The notes: generated by a model not told the origin, from the letters alone. A stretch of 64,000 nucleotides of DNA from Malacoraja senta (GCA_038087875.1 JAXLNO010000446.1:310001-374000); one strand, 5' to 3'; shown: positions 13,946 through 26,500, counted from the stretch's first letter. A program made the numbers and translations.

Positions 13946-14832
13946 ATCAACACACCTATTCACTTAGTTGGTCCAGCACAAAGCCAAGATCATCAATGGC
14001 CAGCACTAGTCAAGGCTGTGTTTAAAGTCATAGAGTCATTTCACTGCACTTTATTGTGTATGTGTTAAATAAATCAGATTGATTGATTGGTTGATTGGTT
14101 GGTTGGTTGATCCAGCATGGAAACAGGCCATTCGGCCCAACTCATCAATGTCGATCAAGATGCCCCATCTAAGCTTGGCCCTTGCCTGCCTTTGCCCCAT
14201 GTCCCACTAAAATGTTCAGATCTAAGTACCTGCACAAGTGTCTTTTAAATGTTGTGACAGTGCGTGACTTTACTTACTGGCCGGTTGTTGTATAAACCCA
14301 CGACCCTCTGTGTGGAAACGTTGCTGCTCAGATTGCTGGTTTAGATTTGTGACTGTCACAGGTCCAGTGTAAAGTGTGATTTTGTACACTATCCAATCAG
14401 ATCAGATATACTGTATATAAATACAATGAACTCAAGTACATTAGATGCTTCTTTCCGCTCTCACCTTAAACCACTTAGACAATAGACAATAGACAATAGG
14501 TGCAGGAGTAGACCATTCGGCCCTTCGAGCCAGCACCGCCATTCAATGTGATCATGGCTGATCATCCACAATCAGTACCCCAATTGGTTCTTGGTTCCCC
14601 AGTGATTCTCTCCAGATTCAGGGACAGTTTGTTCCCGGCTGTTATCAGGCAACTGAAACTCCTCTGACCAACTCGAGTGGTCCTGACCTCCCATCTATCA
14701 TTGGAGACCTTTGAGCTATCTTTAATCGGACTTTATCTTGCATGGAATATTGTCCCCTGTAGCTGAGCACTGTGGACAGCTTGATTGTAATCATGTATAT
14801 TACTTTCTTTGACTGGACAACATGCAAACAAA

Positions 14833-15395
14833 AGGGGCTGTTCCACTTGGGCGACCTAATTGGCGAGTTTAGAAGCGTTTGAAAAAAATGTCATGTTGAA
14901 GACCTCCTTCGACTATGTAGAAGACCTCCTTTGACCTCCTACAACCATGTTGAAGACCAGCTTCAACTAGCTACCACTAGCTACGACTAACTTCAGGAAA
15001 ATTGGACACCGAATAGTGGAGAGTGAAGACGACCTCCTTCGATCTCCTTCGACCTCCCTTCGACTATGATGAAGACTATCTACGACTACCTTCGACTACC
15101 CTTGATTACCTACGACCAACATGCCGACCTACTACGACCTACTACGACTAAACATACGAGTAAAAAAAGTATCGATTTTTTCCATGGCGACCTTTTTTTA
15201 CTTGCGGGCATTTTTCAACATGTTGATAAATACGCCGTGACCTAGCTGAGGCCTCGAGTACACGGGGACCACTCTCGAGCATGAAGGAGAGTTACAAAGA
15301 CCTCCTACGACCTCGTGTCGACCATGCTGCGAGTATGAGTCGAGGGCAAACTTGCCAGAACTGGCGGATCAGGTCGCCCAAGTGGGACAGGCCAT
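14833..15395. mobile_element. Complete Harbinger/PIF-like MITE
   Basis: About 36-bp TIRs: aggggctgttccacttgggcgacctaattggcgagtt ... aactggcggatcaggtcgcccaagtgggacaggccat. Flanked by aaa/taa, with internal (cgacta/cgacct)n repeats. Splits a caacaaaagcttttcactg repeat tail. Confidence 0.8.
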
Positions 15396-17349
15396 TAAAG
15401 CTTTTCACTGTACCTCGGTACATGTGCCATAATAGACTAAACTAAATGAAACAACTCTGGGTAAAAGACATTCACCCGATCTATTCCTCTCTTGATCTTA
15501 AACACCTCTATGAGATCACACCTCAGCCTCCTGCGCTCCAAGCATTCACGTCTTTTAAAATTAGACCCCATTTTCTCTGGCTAGGTAATTTGTAATTCAA
15601 AGCAATTTGTACTTTGTAGAAAATAAATGAATCAGCTTTTAGGTAGATGTGAAATACATTTAAAAGTGTTTTACATGGAGTGGTGGGGGCCTGGAACGTG
15701 CTGCCAGGGGTGGTGGTGGAGGCAGATACGATAGTGGTGTTTAGGAGTCTTTTAGACAGGCACGTGGATATGCAGGGAATGGAGGGATATGGATCATGTG
15801 ATCAGATTAGTTTAACTTGGCATCATGTTAGGCACAGGCATTGTGGGCTGAAGGGCGTGTTCCTGTACTGTTCTGTGTTCTGTGTATAACGGGTGCTGTC
15901 TGTGCGGAGTTTGCACGTTCTCCCCGTGACAGCGTGGGTTTCCACCAGGTGCTCTGGTTTCCTCCAAGATCCTAAAGATGTGCGGGTTTGTAGGTGAATT
16001 GGCCCTCTGTAAATCGCCCCTAGGGATGTGAAAGTGGAATGTGTCAATGGTTGATCGATGGTCAACGTGGACTCGGGTGGGGTCAAGGAAAGTGCGTTCA
16101 CGTCGATCGCGGCCCTGTTTCCACCAATCTTTCCACCACCACACACAAGAAGCACAAGAAGCCACAAGACAGACACCATTGTGTGCAGATGCCAAACAAG
16201 TGTATTCAGCTCTGGCTGAACAACTTGTAATCTTGTGTGGGACTCGACTAGAAGAGCATAGACTCGGTGGGACGAAGGGCCTGTCTCCATGCTGTACCTT
16301 TAAACTAAACAAAGGTGAACTAAACCAAACTCCATTTCTCGTGCCGAGTTCTCAATAGACAATAGGTGCAGGAGTAGGCCATTCGGCCCTTCGAGCCAGC
16401 ACCACCATTCAATGTGATCATGGCTGATCATCCACAATCTGTACCCCGTTCCTGCCTTCTCCCCTTATCCCTCTCTGTAACTTAATCTGCAGCTTCCTCC
16501 CTGTCCCAGTAAAGTTGTAATTTGAGGTACGCAATCCTTACAAAAACATTCTATCTTGTGTCTCATACACTAACAACGCCTCACAGACGTCCACCCATTG
16601 ACACCTGTTGACAGAAATCATTGAAAAACATAGGACGGACTTTAAAATAAACTACAATGAACTTTCCGAGGGACCCTTTGGGCTGCCCAGGATCTGTTTT
16701 TAGAAAGGTCTATTGTTATTAAATCTAAGAGCTCTCCAGCTCCGTGACGTGGGAACGGGCACAGTTTCTGAATGCTGCTGTGTGGAGTGAGAAAACGGCA
16801 CACCTCCAGGGTCAGCTTCTTCCCTACAGCCATCAGGCTATTAAACACAGCAACAAATAAGCTCTGAGCTGCAACACACTATCCTTCTTATTGCTCTATA
16901 TTTGTTATTTATTGAGTATGTGTGTATGTGTATACACACACTGAACGTTGTTCTTCTCCCGTTATGTACCATGCCGTGTTTCCATATTCTGTTGTGCTGC
17001 AGCAAGCAAGAATCTCATTGTCCTATCTGGGACACATGACAATAAAGTCTCTTGACTTGTGACTTGTTTTGACTCTTCAGGGACAGTTTCTTCCCAGCTG
17101 TTATCAGGCAACTGAACCGTCCAACCAGAACCAGAGAGCGGTCCTGAACTACTATCTACCTCATTGGTGACCCTCGGACTATCTTTAATTGAACTTTACT
17201 GGCTTTACCTCGCACTAAACGTTGTTCCCTTATCATGTAACTGTACACTGTGGACGGCTGGATTGTAGCATGTATTGTAGACAAAATTGCTGATGGGAGA
17301 AACTCAGTGGGTGCGGCAGCATCTATGGAGCGAAGGAAATAGGCAACGT

Positions 17350-17965
17350 TGAGTATAAGAGCAGGGAGGTTCTACTGCAGTTGTACAGGGTCTTGGTGAG
17401 ACCACACCTGGAGTATTGCGTACAGTTTTGGTCTCCTAATCTGAGGAAAGACATTCTTGCCATAGAGGGGAGTTCAGAGAAGGTTCACCCAGACTGATTC
17501 CTGGGATGTCAGGACTTTCATAGAAGAAAGACTGGATAGACTTGGCTTGTACACGCTAGAATTTAGAAGATTGAGGGGGGATCTTATAGAAACGTACAAA
17601 ATTCTTAAGGGGTTGGACAGGCTAGATGCAGGAAGATTATTCCCGATGTTGGGAAAGTCAGAACTAGGGGTCACAGTTTAAGGATAAGAGGGAAGTCTTT
17701 TAGGACCGAGATGAGAAAATCATTTTTTACACAGAGAGTGGTGAATCTGTGGAATTCTCTGCCACAGAAGGTAGTTGAGGCCAGTCATTGGATATATTTA
17801 AGAGGGAGTTAGATGTGGCCCTTGTGGCTAAAGGGATCAGGGGGTATGGAGAGAAGGAAGGTACAGGATACTGAGTTGGATGATCAGCCATGATCATATT
17901 GAATGGCGGTGCAGGCTCGAAGGGCCGAATGGCCAACTCCTGCACCTATTTTCTATGTTTCTATG
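17350..17965 (+). mobile_element. 5'-truncated CR1 LINE
   Basis: [15 protein letters not shown] through the 3' UTR and tttctatg tail. Confidence 0.9.
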
Positions 17966-18449
17966 CTGCTGCACCCGCTGAATTTCTCCAGCACTTTTGT
18001 CTACCTTCGATTTTCCAGCATCTGCAGTTCCTTCTTGAACATGTAATCATGTATTGTCTTTCCGCTGACGCAACAAACATGTGACAATAAACTAAAGTGA
18101 ACTAAACTAATGATGCTCCCTGATCCGCTGAGTTCTTCAGGTACTTTGTTGGTTACTTGTATAAACCAGCAGCTGCAGTTCCTTCCACCTCCGTTAAACT
18201 AAACTAAAGTGAACTAGATGCTCGGGGCAGAAACTCTGTCTCTCTATCACAGGGACAGGGAGCCAGGGGCCTGGTGATCTTACACCAGACTGTGTGCTCA
18301 CTGGTTTACAGGATGGTGTGGTCTCCTGGACTCGATATTCAGCGGCTTGGAGGGTATCGGGGGGGGGGGGGGGGAAGAGGGGCAAAGGAGATATCGGCTC
18401 ACACTCACATCCCATACCGTGGTCTGGAGACACAAGTGTGATCAGGGTA

Positions 18450-18852
18450 GACTCAAAATGCTGGAGTAACTCAGCGGGTCAGGCAGCATCTCTGGAGAGA
18501 AGGAATGGGTGACGTTTCGGGTCGAGTCCAGGCACAAATTGGAGGTACACCACCTCATATTTCGCTTGGTCAGTTTACACCCCAGCGGTATGAACATTGA
18601 CTTCTCTACCTTCAAATAGCCCTTGCTTTCCCTCTCTCTCCATCCCCTCCCCCTCCCCAGTTCTCCCAAAAGTCTGACTGTCTCCGACTACATTCTATCT
18701 CTGTCCCGCCCCCTCCCCTGACATCAGTCTGAAGAAGGGTCTCGACCCGAAACGTCACCCATTCCTTCTCCCCAGAGATGCTGCCTGTCCCGCTGAGTTA
18801 CTCCAGCATTTTGTGGCTACCTTCGATTTAAACCAGCAGTTCCTTCCTACAC
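18450..18852 (+). mobile_element. Penelope-derived element: inverted truncated terminal repeat + GIY-YIG tail + terminal repeat
   Basis: 18454-18526 is the reverse complement of about 18741-18813; the interior matches the end of the GIY-YIG ORF at 36994-37320. Confidence 0.8.
18725..18760 (+). ncRNA. Minimal type-I hammerhead ribozyme-like motif
   Basis: CUGAAGA (18729-35), A, stem GGGUC-uc-GACCC, GAAA, then CGUC. Palindromic ACGU stem III; predicted cut after C18756; stem I only about 2 bp. Confidence 0.5.
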
Positions 18853-19071
18853 ATGGGGGTCAGGGTCAGGGTCAGGGTCAGGGTCAGACTGACTCTAGGG
18901 TAGGAGGTGACACTGGCTGGGGTCAGGGTGGGGATGGGTGACGTGAGCTGCTATGTTGAGGGAGTTGACACACAAAGCTCAACATGACAGTGGGGTGTCC
19001 ATTGCCACTAAAAATTCCTGCACCTCACATAGTGAGAGAGCAATGACACTTTACTCTGCCTCCCCCTGCCC

Positions 19072-19552
19072 ATCACCTGTACATACCCCTCACCTGTACA
19101 TGCCCCATACCTGTACATACTCTCACCTGTAGATGCCCTCACCTGTACATGCCCCATACCTGTACATACCCTCACCTGTACATACCCTCACCTGTATATG
19201 CCCCTCACCTGTACATACCCTCACCTGTACATACCCTCACCTGTACATACCCTCACCTGTACATACCCTCACCTGTACATACCCTCACCTGTACATACCC
19301 TCACCTGTAGATGCCCTCACCTGTACATACCCTCACCTGTACATACCCTCACCTGTAGATGTCCCCTGGCCATCACCTGTAGATGCCCCTCACCTGTACA
19401 TGCCCCTCACCTGTACATACCCTTACCTGTACATACCCTCACCTGTAAATGTCCCCTGGCCCTCACCTGTAGATGCCCCTCACCTGTACATGCCCCTCAC
19501 CTGTACATACCCTTACCTGTACATACCCTCACCTGTAGATGCCCTCACCTGT
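19072..19552. repeat. 16-17-bp minisatellite (cacctgtacataccct)n
   Basis: About 29 copies, ending roughly 110 nt upstream of the vegfc exon at 19661. Confidence 0.95.
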
Positions 19553-19660
19553 CCGGTTGCTGTTTCTCCATGTTACAATGAGCAGGTGAATGCCGGGATC
19601 ATTGAACTGTCTGAAATCGCTGCCTCATTTCAACAAAACCCATTTTTGTTTCCTCTCCAG

Positions 19661-19773
19661 CTGTTTGATGGCAAACAAAACGTGCCCCAGGAATCACATC
19701 TGGAATAGTTTTTTGTGCAGATGTGTGCTGCAGTACGATCTCAGTGGGCTGCTGCTGTCAGAAGGTGGTGCAG
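19661..19773 (+). CDS. vegfc: VEGF-C internal coding exon (equivalent to mammalian exon 5)
   Basis: Acceptor catttttgtttcctctccAG and donor cag|GTGAGT; 113 nt, phase 2 to phase 1. Encodes CLMANKTCPRNHIWNSFLCRCVLQYDLSGLLLSEGGA, matching the VEGF-C CQAANKTCPTNYMWNNHICRC region. Confidence 0.93.
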
Positions 19774-19984
19774 GTGAGTGAGATTATTTACTGAATGACT
19801 GCACACTCCACCATTCAGTGTGACACGGGTCACCTGAACAACCGGACTGAGCACGACCTGCGGACTCCGCCAGGGCTTGTAGACTCACACTTCAGTCACT
19901 CACGGCTTCTAGACTCACAGTTCAGTCACTAACGGCTGGTGGACTCACAGTTCTGGACTCAACTCTCACTCACGGCTTCCGGGC

Positions 19985-20278
19985 TGACTTACTCACGCCA
20001 GGCCTCCGGGGCTTTATTCTCCTCGACCCCGGAAGGGGCGTTACCTTCATGGTGACTGACAGGCGAGAAGACCAATCTGCTGATCTCACGATTTTTTAAA
20101 CCTTCATAACTTTTATATTATTTCACCGATCGGAACAAAACTTGGTGGCTTGGAGCAGAGGAGAACGGTGAGTAAGGTGGCTAGAAAATCCTAGCGATAT
20201 AGGGTAGCGCTTTTGTGCAAATTTAATTACAACGCAGACCAGAAGTGGTCAAGATGAGAGTTTTAGTAATAGTATAGA
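19985..20278 (-). mobile_element. Helitron-like 5' end fragment
   Basis: The minus strand begins A|TCTATACTATTACTAAAACTCTC, a typical Helitron 5' TC terminus; the left boundary is uncertain. Confidence 0.5.
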
Positions 20279-20649
20279 TGGGCCAACACAGGCAGGTGGG
20301 ACTAGTGTAGCTGGGACATTGTTGTACAGTGTGGGAAAGTTGGGCCGAATGGCCTGTTTCCACGCTGTATCCCTCTATGATTAGACTATATTACAATCCT
20401 GTTTCAGGACACATCGAACCGCCGTGGTGCCCAGCATTGCCTCACCACCATTTGGCAAGTGATTCCGTTTCACCCGTATGGTCACAGAGTGATACAGCAT
20501 GGAAACAGGTCCTTCAGCACAACTAGCCCATGCCAACCAAGATGCCCAATCTACACTGGTCGCAACTGCTTGCGTGTGGCCCTTCGCCCTGACAACCTTT
20601 CATGTCCATGTACCTGTCCAAATGTCCTTTAAATGCTCAAAAGTTAAGT

Positions 20650-21740
20650 CATAGGGGCAGAATTAGGCCACTGGGTCCATCAAGTCTACTCCGCCATTCA
20701 ATCATGGCTGATCTATCTTTCCCTCTCAACCCCATTCTCCTGCCTTCTCCCCATAACCTTCGACACTCTTACTAATCAAGAACCTGTCAATCTCCACTTT
20801 AATTCCACAGATTCACCACACTCTGGCTGAAGAAATTCCTTCTCATCTCCTTCCACAAAGAACGTCCTTTTATTCTGAGGCTGTGACCTCTGGTCCTAGA
20901 CTCTCCCACTAGTGGAAACATCCTCTCCACATCCACTCTATCCAAGCCTTTCACTATTCTGTACGTTTCAATGAGGTCCTCCCTCATTCTTCTAAACTCC
21001 AGTGAGTACAGTCCCAGTGCCAACAAACGCTCATCATAGGTTAACCTACTCATTCCTGGGATCGTTCTTGTAAACCTCCTCTGGACCCTCTCCAGAGCCA
21101 GCACATCCTTCCTCAGATATGGGGCCCAAAATTGCTCACAATATTCCAAATGTGGCCTGACCAGTGCCTTATAGAGCCTCAACATTACATCCCTGGTTTT
21201 GTACACAAGCCCTCTTGAAATAAATGCCAGTATTGAGTTTGCATTCTTTACTACCGATTCGACTTGCAGATTAACATTTTGGGAATCCTGCACCAACTCC
21301 CAAGTCCCTTTGCAGCTCCGATTTCTGGATTCTCTCCCATTTAGAAAATAGTCTGCTTCTTTATTCCTACGACCACAATGCAGGACTCCACACTTTGCTG
21401 CACTATATTCCATCTGCCACTTCTCTGCCCACTCTCCCAACCTGTCCACGTCCTTCTGCAGAGTCCCTGCTTTCTCTACACTACCTGCCCCTCCACCTAT
21501 CTACATATCATCTGCAAACTAGGCCACAAAGCCTTCAATCCCTTCGTCCAAATCATTAATATACAACGTGAAGAGTAGCGGCCCCAGCACCGACCCTGGA
21601 GGAACTCCGCTAGTCACTGGCAGCCAACCAGAGAAAGCCCCCTTTATTGCCACTCTTTGCCTTCTGCCATCCAGCCAGCTTTCTATCCATGCTTGCATCT
21701 TCTCTCTAATACCATGGGCTCTCACCTTGTTTAACAGCAT
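20650..21740 (-). mobile_element. CR1 LINE fragment (RT + 3' UTR)
   Basis: [34 protein letters not shown]. Confidence 0.9.
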
Positions 21741-22059
21741 CACATGGACTGTTATCAAAGGTAGTCTACACCCCAGCGGCTTCAACATTGACTTCTCCAA
21801 ATTCCGGTAGCCCTTGCTGCCTCCTCCCCTTCTCAGCTCTCCCTCAGTCCTCTGGTTCCTCATCTTCTTTTCTTCTTCCCGCCCCCCCCACCCTACATCA
21901 GTCTGAAGAAGGGTCTCGGGCCGAAACGTTGCCTATTTCCTTCACTCCATAGATGCTGCCTCACCCGCTGAGTTACTCCAGCACTTTTGTCTACCCCCAC
22001 ATTATTAAATCCTGTTATAGTCAGTCCCTGCCTCAGCTAACTTTTTTAAAAAACAAAAC

Positions 22060-22392
22060 AGAACCACCACTGTAATATAAGACAAACGATAAACTATTAT
22101 ACAACTATGTTACGATCCTTGTCAAGGATACATTCCACCCCCTGCGGAACCCAGCGGTCCCGGAAATCCCCCAGGGCGCCAGTGGACAGCGCATAGTCCG
22201 TCTCCAGTACCACCCGGGCGCGGACGTAACCCCGGAAAAGGGGCAGGCAGCCGGCTCGGGCAGAGCCCTCTTCGCCCTGGCGCCGTGACTCGTGGATGGC
22301 CAGCTTGGCCAGGCCCAGGAGCAACCCAACCAGGACATCTTCAGCCCTCCCCTGTCCCCTACGCACACGGTGCCCAAAGATGTGGGTCAACG
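22060..22392 (-). mobile_element. Tx1/L1-clade LINE 3' fragment
   Basis: LLLGLAKLAIHESRR...FRDRW, typical of the Tx1-like ORF2 C-terminus. Confidence 0.6.
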
Positions 22393-22674
22393 ACCTCCTG
22401 TGGCAGCTGGTTCCATACACCCACCACCCTGTGAAAAGATTGCTATTTCCCCTCTCACCTTAAACCCATGTTCTGTGGTTCCTGATTCCCCAGCCCTGGG
22501 TCAAAGACACTGTGCATTCACACTATCTACACCCATCATTATTTTATACACCTCTATAAGATCACCCCATCAGTATACGGGGTGATCGCTGGTCAACACA
22601 GACTCGGTGGGACGAAGGGCCTGTTTCCACGCTATGTCGCTGCTGTCTACATCTAAGTTTAGATTAGAGATAGA

Positions 22675-22885
22675 GCATAGAAACAGGCCCTTCAGCCCAT
22701 CGAGTCCGTGCCGACCATCGATTCCCGCACACTATCACTACCCTACACACTAGGGGACAATTTATAAGTTTACCAGCCCAAGTGACTTACAACCCACGAT
22801 GTCTGGAGTGAGGGAGGAAACCGGAGCACCCGGAGGAAACCCACGCGGTCACGGGGAGAACGTGCAAACTCCGTACAGACACCTT
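22675..22885 (-). mobile_element. V-SINE (HE1-like) fragment abutting the vegfc exon acceptor
   Basis: V-domain core ..tgtacggagtttgcacgttctccccgtgaccgcgtgggtttcctccgggtgctccggtttcctcc.. on the minus strand. Confidence 0.8.
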
Positions 22886-22926
22886 GCCGGCCCCAGGTGT
22901 AAGTGACGGCTGTGTGTGTTTTACAG

Positions 22927-23260
22927 AGGCTGAGCCGGGCTTGCAGGGCGTGTGTGGACCCCACAAGGACCTGGACGTGGACAGCTGCCAGTGCGTGTGT
23001 AAAGGGGGCCCTGACGGGACGGGGTGCGGCCCGCACCGGGAGCTGGACACGGACACGTGTCGGTGCGTGTGCCGGAACGGCCAGCACGCCGCCGGCTGCG
23101 GGCCCCACCGCCAGTTCGACGCAGACACGTGTCAGTGCGTGTGCAAGAGGAGCTGCCCCCGGCAACAGCCGCTGAACACGGCAACATGCGTGTGCGAGTG
23201 CACGCAGTCACCCAACAAGTGCTTCCTCAGGGGACAGAGGTTCTACCCACACACCTGCAG
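22927..23260 (+). CDS. vegfc: VEGF-C coding exon with Balbiani-ring/silk-homology CX10CXCXC repeats (mammalian exon 6 equivalent)
   Basis: Acceptor gtgttttacAG and donor cag|GTCAGT; 334 nt, phase 1 to phase 2, in frame with both neighbours. Encodes CGPHKDLDVDSCQCVC, CGPHRELDTDTCRCVC, CGPHRQFDADTCQCVC, CPRQQPLNTATCVCEC and SPNKCFLRGQRFYPHTC. Confidence 0.96.
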
Positions 23261-23269
23261 GTCAGTCTG

Positions 23270-23570
23270 TGTTACACCCTCTCACACGCATGTTAGTCCC
23301 ATGTCAGACTCTCATGCATGTGAGTTCCGTGCTAAACTGTCTCACACGCATGTCAGTCATGTGTTAAACCCCCACATGTTCTAGTCAGTGTGTTAAACCA
23401 TCTCACGTATGTTGTTCCTATGATACACCCTTCACATGCATGTCATCCCCTCATGTGATAAACCCCTCACATGCATGTTATTCCCGTGTCTGACACTCCA
23501 CATGCATGCAGGTCAGTCCCATGTTAAACCTTTCACATGCATGTCAGTCCCATGTCAAAGCCCCTCACAA
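23270..23570. repeat. Degenerate ~30-bp tandem repeat (cacatgcatgtcagtcccatgttaaacc)
   Basis: About 9 diverged copies immediately after the exon donor at 23261. Confidence 0.8.
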
Positions 23571-23585
23571 AACAGGCCAGTGTCA

Positions 23586-26500
23586 TAGAAACATAGATAC
23601 ATAGAAACATAGAAAATAGGTGCAGGAGTAGGCCATTCGGCCCTTCGAGCCTGCACCGCCATTCAATATGATCATGGCTGATCATCCAACTCAGTATCCC
23701 GTACCTGCCTTCTCTCCATACCCCCTGATCCCTTTAGCCACAAGGGCCACATCTAACTCCCTCTTAAATATAGCCAATGAACTGGCCTCAACTACCCTCT
23801 GTGGCAGAGAGTTCCAGAGATTCACCACTCTCTGTGTGAAAAAGTTTTTCCTCATCTCGGTCTTAAAGGATTTCCCCCTTATCCTTAAGCTGTGACCCCT
23901 TGTCCTGGACTTCCCCAACATCGGGAACAATCTTCCTGCATCTAGCCTGTCCAACCCCATAAGAATTTTGTACGTTTCTATAAGATCCCCTCTCAATCTC
24001 CTAAATTCTAGCGAGTATAAGCCAAGTCTATCCAGTCTTTCTTCATATGAAAGTCCTGACATCCCAGGAATCAGTCTGGTGAACCTTCTCTGCACTCCCT
24101 CTATGGCTATAATGTCCTTCCTCAGATTTGGAGACCAAAACTGTACGCAATACTCCAGGTGTGGTCTCACCAAGACCCTGTACAACTGCAGTAGAACCTC
24201 CCTGCTCCTATACTCAAATCCTCTTGCTATGAAGGCCAACATACCATTCGCTTTCTTCACTGCCTGCTGCACCTGCATGCCTACTTTCAATGACTGGTGT
24301 ACCATGACACCCAGGTCTCGCTGCATCTCCCCATTTCCTAATCGGCCACCATTTAGATAATAGTCTGCCTTCCCGTTTTTGCCACCAAAGTGGATAACCT
24401 CACATTTATCCAATACCGTGTGATTTAAGTTTGTATCCTAATCTCTTATGTGGTACCTTGTCGAAAGCCTTCTGAAAGTCCAGATACAACACATCCACTG
24501 GTTCTCCCCTATCCACTCTACTAGTTACATCCTCGATAAATTCTATAAGATTCGTTAGACACGATTTACCTTTCGTAAATCCATGCTGACTTTGTCCAAT
24601 GATTTCACCACTTTCCAAATGTGCTCCTATCCCATCTTTAATAACTAGCAGTTTCCCCACTACCGATGTTAGACTAACTGGCCTGTAATTCCCCGTTTTC
24701 TCTCTCCCTCCCTTCTTAAAAAGTGGGGTTACGTTTGCTACCCTCCAATCCTCAGGAACTACTCCAGAATCTAAAGAGTTTTGAAAAATTATCACTAATG
24801 CATCCACTATTTCTGGAGCTACTTCCTTAAGTACTCTGGGATGCAGCCTATCTGGCCCTGGTGATTTATCGGCCTTTAATCCATTCAATTTACCCAACAC
24901 CACTTCCCGACTAACCTGGATTTCACTCAGTTCCTCCATCTCCTTTGACCCGCGGTCCCCTGCTATTTCCGGCAGATTATTTATGTCTTCCTTAGTGAAG
25001 ACGGAACCAAAGTAGTTATTCAATTGGTCCGCCATATCCTTGTTCCCCATGATCAATTCACCTGTTTCTGACTGCAAGGGACCTACATTTGTTTTAACTA
25101 ATCTCTTACATAGATACATAGATACATAGAAATTAGGTGCAGGAGTAGGCCATTCGGCCCTTCGAGCCTGCACCGCCATTCAATACGATCATGGCTGATC
25201 ATCCAACTCAGTATCCCGTACCTGCCTTCTCTCCATACCCCCTGATCCCTTTAGCCACAAGGGCCACATCTAATTCCCTCTTAAATATAGCCAATGAACT
25301 GGCCTCAACTACCCTCTGTGGCAGAGAGTTCCAGAGATTCACCACTCTCTGTGTGAAAAAGTTTTTCCTCATCTCGGTCTTAAAGGATTTCCCCCTTATC
25401 CTTAAGCTGTGACCCCTTGTCCTGGACTTCCCCAACATCGGGAACAATCTTCCTGCATCTAGCCTGTCCAACCCAATAAGAATCTTGTACGTTTCTATAA
25501 GATCCCCTCTCAATCTCCTAAATTCTAGCGAGTATAAGCCAAGTCTATCCAGTCTTTCTTCATATGAAAGTCCTGACATCCCAGGAATCAGTCTGGTGAA
25601 CCTTCTCTGCACTCCCTCTATGGCTATAATGTCCTTCCTCAGATTTGGAGACCAAAACTGTACGCAATACTCCAGGTGTGGTCTCACCAAGACCCTGTAC
25701 AACTGCAGTAGAACCTCCCTGCTCCTATACTCAAATCCTCTTGCTATGAAGGCCAACATACCATTCGCTTTCTTCACTGCCTGCTGCACCTGCATGCCTA
25801 CTTTCAATGACTGGTGTACCATGACCCCCAGGTCTCGCTGCATCTCCCCATTTCCTAATCGGCCACCATTTAGATAATAGTCTGCCTTCCCGTTTTTGCT
25901 ACCAAAGTGGATAACCTCACATTTATCCACATTATACTGCATCTGCCAAACATTTGCCCACTCACCCAGCCTATCCAAGTCACCTTGCAGTCTCCTAGCA
26001 TCCTCCTCACAGCTAACACTGCCCCCCAGCTTAGTGTCATCCGCAAACTTTCTCTCTTTCTCTTCACATATCTATAAAAACTTTTGCAGTCAGTTTTTAT
26101 GTTCCGTGCCAGTTTCCTTTCATAATCTATTTTCCCTTTCCTAATTAAGCCCTTTGTCCTCCTCTGCTGGTCTCTGAATTTCTCCCAGTCCTCTGGTATG
26201 CTGCTTTTTCTGGCTAATTTGTACGCATCATCTTTTGCTTTGATACTATCCCTGATTTCCCTTGTTATCCACGGATGCACTACCTTCCCTGATTTATTCT
26301 TTTGCCAAACTGGGATGAACAATTTTTGTAGTTCATCCATGCAGTCTTTAAATGCCTTCCATTGCATAACCACCGTCAACCCTTTTAGAACTAATTGCCA
26401 GTCAATCTTGGCCAATTCACGTCTCATACCCTCAAAGTTACCTTTCTTTAAGTTCAGAACCGTTGTTTCTGAATTAACAATGTCACTCTCCATCCTAATG

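Noticed and set aside
22884..23384. Cys-rich ORF as a standalone metallothionein/keratin-associated gene or as VEGF-D
   Set aside because: Splice phases link it to the flanking exons, and the repeat number and SEEVC..VPTYW terminus fit VEGF-C.
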